A stretch of 55,395 nt of DNA from Prorocentrum cordatum. Lineage: Eukaryota. The stretch spans positions 62,001-117,395 of the forward strand of contig CAUYUJ010000164.1 in NCBI GenBank assembly GCA_963575745.1, read 5' to 3'. The position numbers and the translations under genes were made by a program. The notes below the pieces were generated by a model. The model was given only the letters and a program-made list of their open reading frames with translations, was not told the origin of the DNA and searched no databases. How positions within the stretch are numbered: the first letter of the stretch is position 1; every line of letters starts with the position of its first letter. Shown here piece by piece: positions 1 through 11,573 of this stretch.

Positions 1-339
1 ACGGGTAGCTTCCGAAGTCGGGGATCGTCGGATGTCCTCGCGGCGGTGCGAGGGCGAGGCTCAAGGTTGAGATTCGGTAGGCCTCAGATGGCAGGCGTTT
101 GCGATGAGGAGAGTACGGTTTCAATGGTGATGCAGCTGGGGGCCGATGTGGCGGCAAAGAGGGATGATACAGTCCCCAGAAGAGGCAAACGGAGGAAGCG
201 GACCAGGAGGACGATGGACGAGCAGGATACCGATGCAGAAAGGGATCTAAGTCGCGTCGTCGTCTGAACCGACGTCGCCCGAAACGTCGCTACCGTTATC
301 ATTGATGAGGAATTGCGTCGCCATGGCAACCACCGTCAG

Positions 340-900
340 CATCATGATCATTAGTATCGCTGTCGGTGATCACCATCGGCATCATCATCGCCATCGCCAT
401 CACCGTTCTCCATCACCCTCATCATCGTAGTATTCGTCGCCATGGTTAGCATCAGCGTCGACGATATCGGCGTCAGTCGTCGAATGCGCGGCGCTAGCTC
501 CTGCCAAGCACAACTGGCCGATCGTGTCCGTCTGGGTACGCAGCGCCTCGGGACGCGGTGCGGAGGTGAGGAACGCGAGAGGCATATGCATGGGTCCTCA
601 TCCTCATCCCTCATCCTCACCCCTCGTCCTCATCCTCATCCTCGTCCCTCCTCGTCCTCATCCTCGTCCTCATCCTCAACCTCGCCCCCCTCCTCATCCT
701 CGTCCTCATCCTCATCTGCATCCTCCTCCTCATCGTCGAGCCCGATCGCCAATCCTGGTCCTCATCCTCATCCTCATCCTCATCCTTATCCTATCCGTGC
801 TCGTCCTCATCGTTCTCCGATCCATGTGCCTCGGGCTGAACTAATCCTAGAAACTCTGCCGATCGGAATTCTCATGTCCTCCTCGAGCTCCTACTCCTGG
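340..900. repeat. Low-complexity (CAT)n/(TCCTCA)n microsatellite region
   Basis: Runs of catcat and tcctcatcctcg; overlapping ORFs are poly-S/P/H. Confidence 0.8.
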
Positions 901-903
901 ACA

Positions 904-1790
904 GAAGAGGCGATCATCTGAATGTGGAATATACAAAACGCATATACACCATGCAGCGCGCGCGGGCGGGTCACCCGCGCGCGCGCCGCCCTCCACGCGC
1001 ATGTACATTTTGATACAACGGGGGCGATGTTAACTCGAAAACCCAATGGTGAAAACCCAATGTGAAAATTCATTCTCCGATCGGAAGAGGCGATCATCTG
1101 AATGTGGAATATACAAAACGCATATACACCATGCAGCGCGCGCGCGGGCGGGTCACCCGCGCGCGCGCCGCCCTCCACGCGCATGTAAATGTTGATACAA
1201 CAGGGGCGATGTTAACGCGAAAACCCAATGGTGAAAACCCAATGTAAAACTTCATTCTCTGGTCTCATCTGAATGTGGAAGATGCAATTTCGCATATACA
1301 CCATGCAGCGCGCGCGCCGCCCTCCGCGCCCTCGTATACATATTGATATACAACAGGAGCGATGTTAACTCGAAAACCCAATGGTGAAAACCCAATGCAA
1401 AAATTCATTCTCTGATCGGAAGAGGCGATCATCTGAATGTGGAATATACAAAACGCATATACACCATGCAGCGCGCGCGCGGGCGGGTCACCCGCGCGCG
1501 CGCCGCCCTCCACGCGTATGTACATTTTGATATACAACAGGGGCGATGTTAACTCGAAAACCCAATGGTGAAAACCCAATGTAAAACTTCATTCTCTGAT
1601 CTCATCTGAATTGGAATATACAGATTCGAATATACACCATGCAGCGCGCGCGCCGCCCTCCGCGCCCTCGTATACATATGGATATACAACGGGAGCGATG
1701 TTAACTCGAAAACCCAATGGTGAAAACCCAATGTGAACTTTCATTCTCTGATCGGAACGGGCGATTATCTGAACGTGGAATGCGCATGCG
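904..1790. repeat. Tandem minisatellite with long (~180 bp) and short (~155 bp) units; higher-order period ~335 bp
   Basis: GAAGAGGCGATCATCTGAATGTGGAA or a close variant recurs at 904, 1085, 1419, 1754; each unit has GAAAACCCAATG twice; long units carry a GC palindrome. Confidence 0.9.
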
Positions 1791-1999
1791 CCAACATAAT
1801 GCGGCGGCATCGGATTATTGCTCATGCGGTCGTTCAACGCGCGATCCAACAAAAAACAAGACATGCGCAACAAAAACAAGACATGATACAGAAAAACAAG
1901 ACATGCCCCAAAAAACAAGACAACGTCAACAACATCACAGCATGGCGCGAATTTCAAGACAAAACAGCAATCTTGAAAAAAATGCAGCTGGAGGATGTC

Positions 2000-3775
2000 A
2001 GGGTAACGGGCGGGTCGGGTCGGGTCGGGCGGGCGGACCCTAATGGGCGGGTCGGGTCGGGCCGGGCGGGCCCTAAAAAAAACAAACAAGAAGAACATAA
2101 ACAAAAATCAAAGAAACAAAAAACATAAAAGAAAAGAGACAAAAAAAAAAAAATTGGGGCGGGTCGGGCCGGGCGGGCGGGACATTAAAGCATGGTGCGT
2201 GCGCACTTGAAACGCGTGAACCCGAACGGGCGGGTCGGGTCGGGTGGGCGGACCCTAACGGGCTAGTCGGGTCGGGTCGGGCGGACCCTAACGGGCGGGT
2301 CGGGTCGCGCGGGCGGGACATTAAAGTATGGTGCGTGTTTATTTTTTTTAAGCGCTTGACACGCGTGAACCCCCCCCTAACGGGGCGGGTCGGGGCGGGT
2401 CGGGGCGGGCGGACGCCTAACGTGGGGTTGGGGTCGGGTCGGGCGGAAACATTAAAGCATGGGCGTGGTGCACTTGAACACGCGTGACCCTAAACGGGCG
2501 GGTCGGTCGGGTTCGGGCGGGCGGACCCTATCGGGCGGGTCGGGCGGGTCGGGTCGGGCCCTAACGGGCGGGCCGGGTCGGGCGGGCGGGGCATTAAAGT
2601 ATGGTGCGTGTACACTAGACACGCGTGAACCCTAACGGGCGGGTCGGGTCGGGTCGGGCGGGCGGGCCCTAACGGGCGGGTCGGGCCGGGTCGGGCGGGC
2701 CCTATAACGGGCGGGTCGGGTCGGGCGGGCGGCATTAACAAAAAAAAAAAAATACAAAAAAAACAATAAAAAAAAAACAACAAACAGCATGGTGTGCGCG
2801 TGCACATTGACGCGTGAACCCTAACGGGCGGGTCGGGTTCGGTTCGGGGCGGGCGGACCCTACCGGATTGGGGGTGGGGTGATGCGGGCCGGGTCCTGTT
2901 GGAACGGACCCTAACGGGCGGTCGGGTCGGGCGGGCGGGACAATTAAAGAAGTATGGTGCGTGTCGCTGACACGCGCGAGCCTAACGGGCGGGTCGGGGT
3001 CGCGTCGCGCGGGCGGGCCCCTACGGGCAGACAAAAAAAAACAAAAAAAACAAATGGTCAATCGTCGGGTCGGCGGAAGAACCCTAACGGGCGGTTTCGG
3101 TCGGCGGGGGCGGGGCCCTAAGATATGGTGCGGTGTACGCTTGACACGGTGAACCCTAACGGGCGGGTCGGGTCGGTCGGAGCGGCGGGCCGGACCCTAA
3201 CGGGCGAGTCGGGTCGGGTCGGGCGGGCCCTAACGGGCGGGTCGGGTCGGGCGGGCGGGGCGCTCAAGTATGGTGCGTGTGCACTTGACACGCGTGAGCC
3301 CTAACGGGCGGGTCGGGTCGGGTCGGGCGGGCGGGCCCTAACGGGCGGGTCGGGTCGGGTCGGGCGGGCCCTAATTCGGGCGGGTCGGGTCGGGCGGGCG
3401 GGGCATTCAATTATGGTGCGTGTGCACTTGGCACGCGTGAACCCTAACGGGCGGGTCGGGTCGGGTCGGGCGGGCGGGCCCTAGCGGGCGGGCCGGGTCG
3501 GGTCGGGCGGGCCCTAACGGGCGGGTCGGGCCGGCCGGGCGGGACATTAAAGTATGGTGCGCGTGCACTTGACACGCGCGAACCCTAACGGGCGGGTCGG
3601 GTCGGGCGGGCGGACCCTAACGGGCTAGTCGGGTCGGTCCGGGCAGACCCTAACGGGCGAGTCGGGTCGGGCGGGCGGGACATTAAAGTATGGTGCGTTT
3701 ACATTTGACACGCGTGAACCCTAACGGGCGGGTCGGGTCGGGTCGGGCGGGCGGGCCCTCGCGGGCGGGTCGGGC
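2000..3775 (+). repeat. G-rich satellite of CCCTAACGGGCGGGTCGGGTCGGG subunits with a recurring TAAAGTATGGTGCGTGTGCACTTGACACGCGTGAA spacer
   Basis: Dozens of CCCTAACGGGCGG subunits; the spacer recurs roughly every 120-240 bp. Confidence 0.9.
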
Positions 3776-6700
3776 AAAACAAGCCAAGGGGGCCCCCGGT
3801 GGCCCCGAAAACGGCCCAATAGAGCTTCGCACCCCCCCGAAAAGCCACGACCAGGCTCCGAGGAGACCCAGAAAAGGACCCCGTTCCCTGGAGCTGGCAC
3901 TCCCTGCTTGCCTCGAAGCCTCCTTTCGATCTTCTGCACCTCCCGACGAACGGATTCGACTGGATCTTGACCTTGTGCTGGTTCTGGCCCTGCTGGTCGC
4001 TGTGCTTGCTGCTCGCCGTTGTTAGCCTCCGAGCTGGCCGTAGGTACAGGAACCACGAACACCTTCGGCTGTTCTTCGTCCTTTCTGGCGATTGACTTCT
4101 CGTACTCGGCCCGACGCTGCTGGCATGTCCTGCTGTGATGTGGTGGCCGTCCTCGTCCGTGCTGACCTTTGGCTGCATACTCACACCCAGGGCATCCTTC
4201 CGTCGGCTGCCAGTTCTCGCCCTCGTAGACTCCAGCTCTAACCGAGGTCCTCCAAGGCGTCCAACGCATGGCTTTGAGCATCTCCATGTCGAAGCTCTCC
4301 TCAGTCGTCAGCTGCTTCACTGTCCTGGCCTGAACTACCCCCGTCGCCGTGCCGATAAGATGAGCATCACTCTTCGAACTGCGTCCCAGCCACAGTCCCT
4401 TGCACCAGGCTGTACCCAGCTTGTCCTGCAGCTCCGTGTGCTCCTTGCCGATCACTGTCTCTCCGAACTCCAGCATGGGTGAGGTGTACGGTGCCAACCT
4501 GAGCTCCTCGAAAGATGTGCGACCACTGCTCCTTCTCCGCTGGTACCTGTTGTGGCAGAATATCTGATGCCGAATCATCCAAGGTATGATAGGTACATCC
4601 TCAGTGAACTTCATGTTGTAACGCTTCTCCAGAGCCAAACGCCCAGTCCTGGCAAGACCTGCAACCGACTTGACTCCACTCTCAACTCCACCTTGAGAAG
4701 CGTGGCTTCCTTTTGGAACCAACCGTACTCGAAGTTGAGCTTCAGCTGCCTCTTTGCCGAGCTTCTTGATACGCTCCGAAATCACTCCATTCATGAGTGC
4801 CTCCAGTGCTGGTTCTCCGTCTAACTGAACTTCCATACTCATGTAGCCCAGCTCGTCCAGGTACTCGCTGATGGCCGCTATAGCGTAGCTCTGATTGCCT
4901 TTAGCTTCCACGACAACTCCCATGAGGTAGCCTGTCCTTCTGTCCTTGCCGACGGCCAGGGTAAGACGCTGACCTGATCCGTCTTCACCGAGACTGAGAA
5001 ACCCGTAGTCGAATGATACAACTGGAGTAGCCGATGCGTTTGGATCTCTCGCGCGATGAGGGTCCTCTTGCCCTCGTCCCATCATGCACTCCTGACACCA
5101 AGTTTCGAAAGGAATGTGACCTCTCCGAATGTGCGCTCTAACATATTCTCCTGACATCCGAGCTGGTCTCTTGAGCCCGGGTGCGACGGGCGTCCCCGTC
5201 TGATCTGGAACTCCTTCTGCGACACCACGTGGGCCATCACGTGAACTAGCCGCTCCACTGTCAGCCTGCACCTCCACAGGCTGCGTCTCGACAGGCTCCT
5301 CCTTCATCTGCTCGTCGTCCTTCTCAGGGAGGTCCTCGACATCGCCGATGATGGACTCGTAGCCTGTCGGATCCTTGAACTTCATGGGAAGAAGAAATGC
5401 ATTCACCTTCCGTCGCAACCGCAAAGTCACTGTCGACTCGATCGCCTTATCTAACTCGTGCTGCACATTCTTGTTGCTTTTGAACATCTTGGCTCCGTCA
5501 GGATCAAAGTGTACCGAATAACCTGCATCATTCATCTCTGCAACTGAAAGGGCACCTCTACGAACTTCAGCTGGCGTGACGTCTAGCTTCGCAGGGATCG
5601 ACGTGTTCGAATCGAAGACCTCACCCGTCAACGTCCGCTTATCCCAAGTCCGAATACCCTTACCAGTGATGGATCGCAGAGACTGACCTGGCTCGCCTGT
5701 GAGCTTGCACTTCTCCGTCATAGCCTTTGGTACAACATGAGTGTGAGCTCCACTATCCACGAGCATCTCGCATTCGTCCCCGTCAGTGTCGTCCGTGAAC
5801 GCAAAAATCCAACCCCCTTCGTCCTCTGGTAGTACTGCTGCCTGTACGCGTCCATTTCCACCTACTCGTGTCTGCGACGCTGAATCTCCTGGATGGACCG
5901 TACTTGCCGAGCCCGATCCTGGAGCTGGCTGAAGTCCTGGCTGGACCTCAGAAACGGATCGCTGACCTCCTCCAGGCTGGTAAGCGCCGCCGCCGTACTT
6001 CCTGCAGTCCGCGATCTTATGCCCGTACTTGCCGCAGTGGGGATTCGAACACCATCCGTCGAAGAGCTTCATCTCGCCCTTCTTGCTCTTCATCTTGTTC
6101 TTGCCGTCGCCCTTGCCACCTTTGCTGCCCGAACTCTGCCAAGCGCTCCTTTGACTGCTCGACTTGCCACCGCTGCCCTTCTGGTCTGACTTGCCGCCGT
6201 AGCCCTTGCCCTTGGAATCGCCCTTGCCGCCCTTGTTGAAAGCGTCTACGTCCATGGCGTTTGGGTCGAACTTCTTCTTGGTCACCTTCGGGTCGCGCTG
6301 CATCATCTGCTGAGCGAAGGCCTCGCAAGTCTCCCGTAGGATCTGGTGGTTTGTGAAGGTCTGCATCATCACCTGAGTCTTCAGTGGCTCGGGCGTGTTC
6401 TTCTTGATCAAGGCTTGGATGAGGGTGTCTGAGATCACTTCTGAAAACTTCTCTTGGTATCGGTTCATGTCCAGTAGAAACTTCGTGAGCTCCTCGACGT
6501 ATGTCTCCCACTTGCCTGAAAACTCTGTGTTCACTAGAAGCTGCAGCTGCGTTACCTTGTTGGAGCCAGTGGCCGCATCCTCGCGTAGACAGAGTCGTCG
6601 CCACTGCTCCAGGCCGTTGCCTGGTTCACAATTCATCACCAAGGTCAATGCGCTGCCTCCAAGCAACTGTGATAGGATGTATCCTGTCGTCGCTGCAAAC

Positions 6701-6897
6701 TGCTTGTTGTCATCACCCATCTCCGAAAGCGTGATGACACTGCCATGTGTCGCTGCTGTCGTAACTGCTTGTGCCAACCTCGGGTCGATCGCGCCCAGGT
6801 AGCTGATCAGCTGGTATCTGAAGGTCGGGAACTCATCGCGGTTACCTGAATACTTATTTGGTCGTCCCAGCAGGCGTGTGTCCACAAGACCAGCCAT
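3721..6897 (-). CDS. Copia Gag-Pol polyprotein fragment; retroelement-derived part ends near 3882, the rest runs into satellite
   Basis: Zn knuckle CSNPHCGKYGHKIADC; aspartic protease LVDSGA; integrase HHCC HIRRGHIPFETWCQEC; DDE residues SFDYG / QLDGE / GGVES. First ATG after the PBS is at 6897 (MAGLVDTR). Confidence 0.88.
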   Translation of the reverse strand: MAGLVDTRLLGRPNKYSGNRDEFPTFRYQLISYLGAIDPRLAQAVTTAATHGSVITLSEMGDDNKQFAATTGYILSQLLGGSALTLVMNCEPGNGLEQWRRLCLREDAATGSNKVTQLQLLVNTEFSGKWETYVEELTKFLLDMNRYQEKFSEVISDTLIQALIKKNTPEPLKTQVMMQTFTNHQILRETCEAFAQQMMQRDPKVTKKKFDPNAMDVDAFNKGGKGDSKGKGYGGKSDQKGSGGKSSSQRSAWQSSGSKGGKGDGKNKMKSKKGEMKLFDGWCSNPHCGKYGHKIADCRKYGGGAYQPGGGQRSVSEVQPGLQPAPGSGSASTVHPGDSASQTRVGGNGRVQAAVLPEDEGGWIFAFTDDTDGDECEMLVDSGAHTHVVPKAMTEKCKLTGEPGQSLRSITGKGIRTWDKRTLTGEVFDSNTSIPAKLDVTPAEVRRGALSVAEMNDAGYSVHFDPDGAKMFKSNKNVQHELDKAIESTVTLRLRRKVNAFLLPMKFKDPTGYESIIGDVEDLPEKDDEQMKEEPVETQPVEVQADSGAASSRDGPRGVAEGVPDQTGTPVAPGLKRPARMSGEYVRAHIRRGHIPFETWCQECMMGRGQEDPHRARDPNASATPVVSFDYGFLSLGEDGSGQRLTLAVGKDRRTGYLMGVVVEAKGNQSYAIAAISEYLDELGYMSMEVQLDGEPALEALMNGVISERIKKLGKEAAEAQLRVRLVPKGSHASQGGVESGVKSVAGLARTGRLALEKRYNMKFTEDVPIIPWMIRHQIFCHNRYQRRRSSGRTSFEELRLAPYTSPMLEFGETVIGKEHTELQDKLGTAWCKGLWLGRSSKSDAHLIGTATGVVQARTVKQLTTEESFDMEMLKAMRWTPWRTSVRAGVYEGENWQPTEGCPGCEYAAKGQHGRGRPPHHSRTCQQRRAEYEKSIARKDEEQPKVFVVPVPTASSEANNGEQQAQRPAGPEPAQGQDPVESVRREVQKIERRLRGKQGVPAPGNGVLFWVSSEPGRGFSGGCEALLGRFRGHRGPPWLVLPDPPARARPPDPTRPAR

Positions 6898-6910
6898 CGT
6901 GAGAAGAACA

Positions 6911-6929
6911 GAAACCAATCGCGCTACCA
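6911..6929 (-). promoter_or_regulatory. Primer-binding site, initiator tRNA-Met type
   Basis: TGGTAGCGCGATTGGTTTC directly follows the LTR-terminal CA; fits the TGGTAGC...GGTTTC pattern complementary to eukaryotic tRNAiMet 3' ends. Confidence 0.75.
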
Positions 6930-7129
6930 TGCAAGTACTGAAATGTTATCTTGATAACTTATGTAGCGGAGCTGGGGTCCACGGACCTGCCCGACAGGGC
7001 TGGTGAAATCCTTTTTCCACCTCAGCATGATCTGAGCCAGAACTGGCTCTCCACAGTACACAAAATGTCACAACAGCGCATGCACAACAATCCTCACTCA
7101 AATCACTGATATATACCTTGTTTCCTGCA
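6930..7129 (-). repeat. 5' LTR, ~200 bp
   Basis: Starts TGCAGG and ends CTTGCA (TG...CA, short inverted termini); abuts the PBS on one side and (TA)n on the other. No second LTR to confirm. Confidence 0.65.
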
Positions 7130-7235
7130 TATATATATATATGTATACATAGAGAGATATGTGTATGTATGTCTGTATGTATGTATGTATGTATGTATGT
7201 ATGCATGTATGTATGCATGTATATGCATATATACG
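7129..7235. repeat. (TA)n/(TATG)n microsatellite at the copia insertion site
   Basis: Direct reading. Confidence 0.9.
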
Positions 7236-7259
7236 GTATGCACACTTCTTGTTTTACCG

Positions 7260-7810
7260 TGGATTATGCGCAAGACTCTCTACACACAGTTTTTACCAAG
7301 GAAAGCGTGTGCCTGCGGACACCGTGATGTATCCGAGGATCCGAAACAAGGTGGCGCATTTCTCTTGAACGACACCCCCGAAAAAAAACAGTTGCTCGAA
7401 CAATCCGACTTTACCTGGGTATTCGCATCAAATAATTCCGCTCCTCGAAAAGCATGCGCGCGGGACGCGCCATCCTCGAGCGGGCACGTGACATGTCAAC
7501 TTTCCCATCATTTGGCTGGTAAGTTCTAGGGTATCCACACCTCGTGATTTATCGTGGGTTCTGCGCAATGCGTTCCGCATTCCGTTTTCTGTCATCGAAA
7601 AGGGTTTCTGCAGACCCCTGTTTTATCGAAGATCCGAAATAAGGGGGAACATTTTCTTCGAGCGGGCAAACGTGAAACGCATTCGTTTATAATCAACCAT
7701 TTTCTATACTATTGCAAATAATTCCGCCAGCCGTCTTCAAGTCGTCCCCAGGGGAAAAACCGCTAAAAGAGATCCCTGGGCCTTTGCCCTTTCCGGGAAA
7801 TTCCCCCCCA
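7260..7810 (+). repeat. Dispersed repeat with an internal diverged duplication; related sequence at ~10070-10200
   Basis: GATCCGAAA(C/T)AAGG block twice; TTCCGCCAGCC.TCTTCAA.TCGTCCCC...CCCTGGGCCT.TGCCCTTTCC shared with 10117-10190. Confidence 0.6.
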
Positions 7811-9429
7811 AAAAAAGAATCGCTCGCGCTCTTTGCGAATTGTCAAGAAAGCTGGTGGTTGTTCGCCATGTTCATGTAATTCTTCCAAACGGGCCTTTTC
7901 GAACCGCATGCTGATATCATTCGTACGCCCCTGCGCGCGTGCTGGGGCGGGGCACGATCCGTGTCCAATAACACCATGCGTGCCACTCTCGCGCGTCGGC
8001 CCCGCGCGCACGCGAGGACGCCGTCATCGTCGTCGGCGTGATCAACATCGGCTGCGTCACTGGCCGTGCCGTCGCCGTTGTCATCCTCGTCACCAGTACC
8101 ATCATCGCGTCTACCGCTGTCGACGTTGACATGACTCCGCGCCCGCCCAAGTGGCCGACTCGCGCGGAAGTGCCCGCTGGGAACCAGGAGGTCGGCGCCA
8201 CCGCGGCCGCGTCGGGCGCGCCAAACTAGCTGGCCGCTGCGCGCGCAAGCACGCGCGGACCAGCGCGGCTGCAGAGATGCACCATCCAACACAAAGCGCC
8301 CATCGCAATCGCCGCCGCATGGGTTTTGCAAACCGAGGTGCGGGTGGGCGGGTGGGATGATTGCGCGAGCAGTGGAGTTGACAACTGCGAGTTCCACAAG
8401 TGAGTTACACACATTGATTGCAAAGCAGAAGTTGCAAACAATTCTTTTACGTAGATGCCTTAACAAATATTGCACAAGAAAGAATGCACCACCTACATAG
8501 AACCACCTAAATTGACCACATAGACTCTCCTTTCTGTAAGAATAATAAATCACCCTCCCCCCGGAGTCAACGACTCCCCTTTTCGTGTTGAAATTTACAT
8601 GCGATTCTGCCCCATCGTCCATCCTAACTATGAATTCGTACCATCCCAGGCAGCCCAGATTTCGGTGCCCCCCTCATCCTCTGCAACATGATCGACCCAC
8701 GAACCCGGAAAGGAATATAGACATGTGTTGCACGGCAATGTGTTCAAGACGCCTGGTCGGGCGACGGGCAATTGCAATGCCGAGAATATCGATCTTGATG
8801 TACCGTGCCAAGGGCTGTGCCGTGTTGTGCCATGCCGCGATTGATCTCTACAGCGTTGTGGATCGAGTCATCATTTGCATCCGAGTCCTGACCGAACTGA
8901 TCTGGATCTGAAGCTTGGGCTGCCTGAGCACATAGTAGCTGCCCCAGAGCTAGTTAAGTGGAAACTTGCGGGACGTTCAATCAACTAGCCCTCAAAATCC
9001 GACTCAGCTCCGAAAAGGAAAGACACGACACGGGGCACAGGCTCACGGACGCGCCACAGGATGTGCCAGGGACGCAATAGGGGATGCGCCAGGGGGCGTG
9101 TCAGGGGACGTATCAGGGGATGTGCCCTGAACGTGTCAGGGACCTGCCGCGGGATGTGTCAAGGCGCGTGCCATGGGACAACCAAAGGACGTCGTGCCAA
9201 GAGACGTTGCAAGGGGCGCGTCACAGAACGGGCAGGGGAAACGCCTGGGGACGAGCCAGGAAAAGCGACAGAGGACGGGCCAGGAAACGTGCCACGCCGA
9301 GTGGCGTGCTAGGGGGCGTGCAAGGACACGTCACGCCAGAACGTCACAAGGGACGCGCCTGGGGACGCGCCAGCGCGCCAGGAGACGCCCCACGGACGGG
9401 CGGGGCTGGACAACGGTGCACTCTACTGC

Positions 9430-10080
9430 GACAAGCGTTTCGCTCGAGACACCCTCAACACATAGACATCCGCCTGGGCGACCAGAACACATGAAAACAA
9501 GCGTCTCGCTCGAGACATCCTCAACACATCCTCATGTTAGATATCCGCCTGGGCGACCTGGGCACGTGAAAACCAAACGTCTCGCTCGAGACGTTCTCAT
9601 CACCTCCTCATGCTAGACATCGGCCTGGGCAACCTGGACACGTGAAAACAAGTGGTTCGCTCGAGACATCCCTTCGCTCGAAACATTCTGCCCAAATCCT
9701 CACGTTAGGCATCTGCCTGGGCGACCTGGACACGTGAAACCAAGCGACTCGCTCGAGACGTTCTCATCACCTCCTCATGCTAGACATCCGCCTGGGCGAC
9801 CTGGACACTTGAAAACAAGCGGTTCGCTCGAGACATCCTCAAGACCTGGGCACGTGAAAACAAGGATTCCACCTGAGGCATCCTCTGAATTCTGGTCCCC
9901 ATAAGAGAAACAATATATAACACTAGCGTTTGCTCGAGGCATCCCAGACAAATTCTGCAAAACAATCGTTTCACTCGAGACATCCGCGACAGACAACAAT
10001 AAATACTTAACCATCCGTTTTGTCGATCGAAATTTCAATAACTAGCGTTTCGCTCGGGACACCCTCAAAAATAATTCCGC
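9430..10080 (+). repeat. Degenerate satellite with (T/C)TCGCTCGAGACATCC and CCTGGGCGACCTGGACACGTGAAA blocks
   Basis: Core repeated about 10 times. Confidence 0.8.
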
Positions 10081-11573
10081 CGGCCCTACGCGACCTCGTG
10101 ATTTATCGCAAATACTTCCGCCAGCCCTCTTCAAATCGTCCCCGAGGGGAGGCAAATCAAAGAGAACCCTGGGCCTCTGCCCTTTCCAGGAAAAACCCTA
10201 CGTCTCCTGCTTGCCTGTGCTCCGACCTGCCGCCGCCTGTGGCAGCGAGGGTGCCCGGCAGCGAGCGGTGTGCCGAAACGGGCGTGATGCCCGCACGCGA
10301 CACCCTCCCGGCAGCGGGCGGTGTGCCGAAATGGTGCGTGTAGCCCACCCTCGAACGGTGCAACTGGGGCCTTCGGTGGAGCTCCAGGCGGGGTCACGAA
10401 ACGCAGGAGGGGCGTGCCGAACATGGGGAAAACAAAAGGTACCGATACCGCTACTCCCCGGATCTCTCCCGGGGAGCGTTCTGACCAGAATCTCGAGCCG
10501 GATCCAGCAGTGGCGACGAACCCGGAAAGGAATATAGGAATGTAAGACATGGCAAAACGTTTCAAAGACACCTGATTGGGCCACGGGCACATGCAATGCT
10601 GAGTATATCGATCTTGATGTCCCGTGCCGAGGGCTGTACCAGTGGCCCTCCTCTGCGAAAAGGGTGCCTCGAGCCCCGCCGACACCTCCTGCGTGCCAGT
10701 GCTCCGAGCTGCCGCCGGCCTTGGCAGCGAGGGCGCCCCCGCGGGGCAGCCCAGGACCAGACAAGAGCAAGGGACCGCGCAGGGCAGAGAGCGCCGCAAA
10801 GGCGTCGGCGCTGGAAGAGGCACGTAGAGGAGGGCGTCCGAGGATGGCATTTAGGGGGCGACGGCGAGAAAGGCGACGCCGACGACGACGAGGGGGGCGA
10901 CGCCGTCCGTCGCAGCTTTGTTTCCTAAAGAGACGACGACGACGGCGACGACGACCACCACCACGACGACGACGACGAAGAACGACCGACGACGACGGCG
11001 GACGTCGACGAAGACGACTTTCTCGGTCTCTCCGCCCCCCCCTAATTAGGCGCGCCGCCGGGCCTCACCGCAGCAGCCGTCCCCGAGCACCTCCCCGCCG
11101 ACCTCGTAGTCGTCGGCGAGCTCATGGCCGTCTGCCGAGTGGTGGTAGCGCGGCGCGACCGAGGCGCGGGAGGAGGGGGAGGAGGAAGGGGCCCAGGGAC
11201 AAGCTCACATGCTCCACATGTCCTGGCTGTTCCTCTCCCCCTTCCACGTCCCATGTTCCATATTCTTGTGTCCGTGTGCCTTTTCCTCCTGAGGGGGGGA
11301 GGGAAGATCACAGGGAGGGGCCTTGTTGGAGGATGGGGGCGGCTCCCAGCAGGAGGATGTACCCCCTCTGCGCTGAGAGAGCCTGCGGCGCGGCCTCGCT
11401 CGTCGAGCGCGGTGGGCGCCCAGGGGGCCGAGGCCGCTGCTTCGTTTTTCCCTGCGCTGCTCTTTCAACCCCCCCCCGGCGGCGACGTCCGCTGGGGGGG
11501 GGGGTGGGCAGCTCCGCACTCGGATCTGATGCGATCAGCGACCAGCGACCAGGAGCAGGAGGAGGAAGAGAAG

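Larger units (their letters stand above)
3882..7129 (-). mobile_element. Ty1/copia LTR retrotransposon, 3'-truncated (5' LTR, PBS, gag, protease, integrase; no RT, RNase H or 3' LTR)
   Basis: Order gag-PR-IN; LTR and PBS upstream; sequence switches to repeat DNA near 3880. Confidence 0.9.

Noticed and set aside
2000..3775. True telomere array
   Set aside because: CCCTAA occurs singly within a G-rich unit, not as tandem (CCCTAAA)n.
6945..6962. Alternative LTR end at 6962 with a non-canonical PBS
   Set aside because: The CA|TGGTAGCG...GGTTTC junction at 6930/6929 fits a tRNAiMet PBS much better.
7843..8622. 259-aa ORF over an AT-richer island
   Set aside because: No recognisable motif, and it runs into low-complexity sequence.
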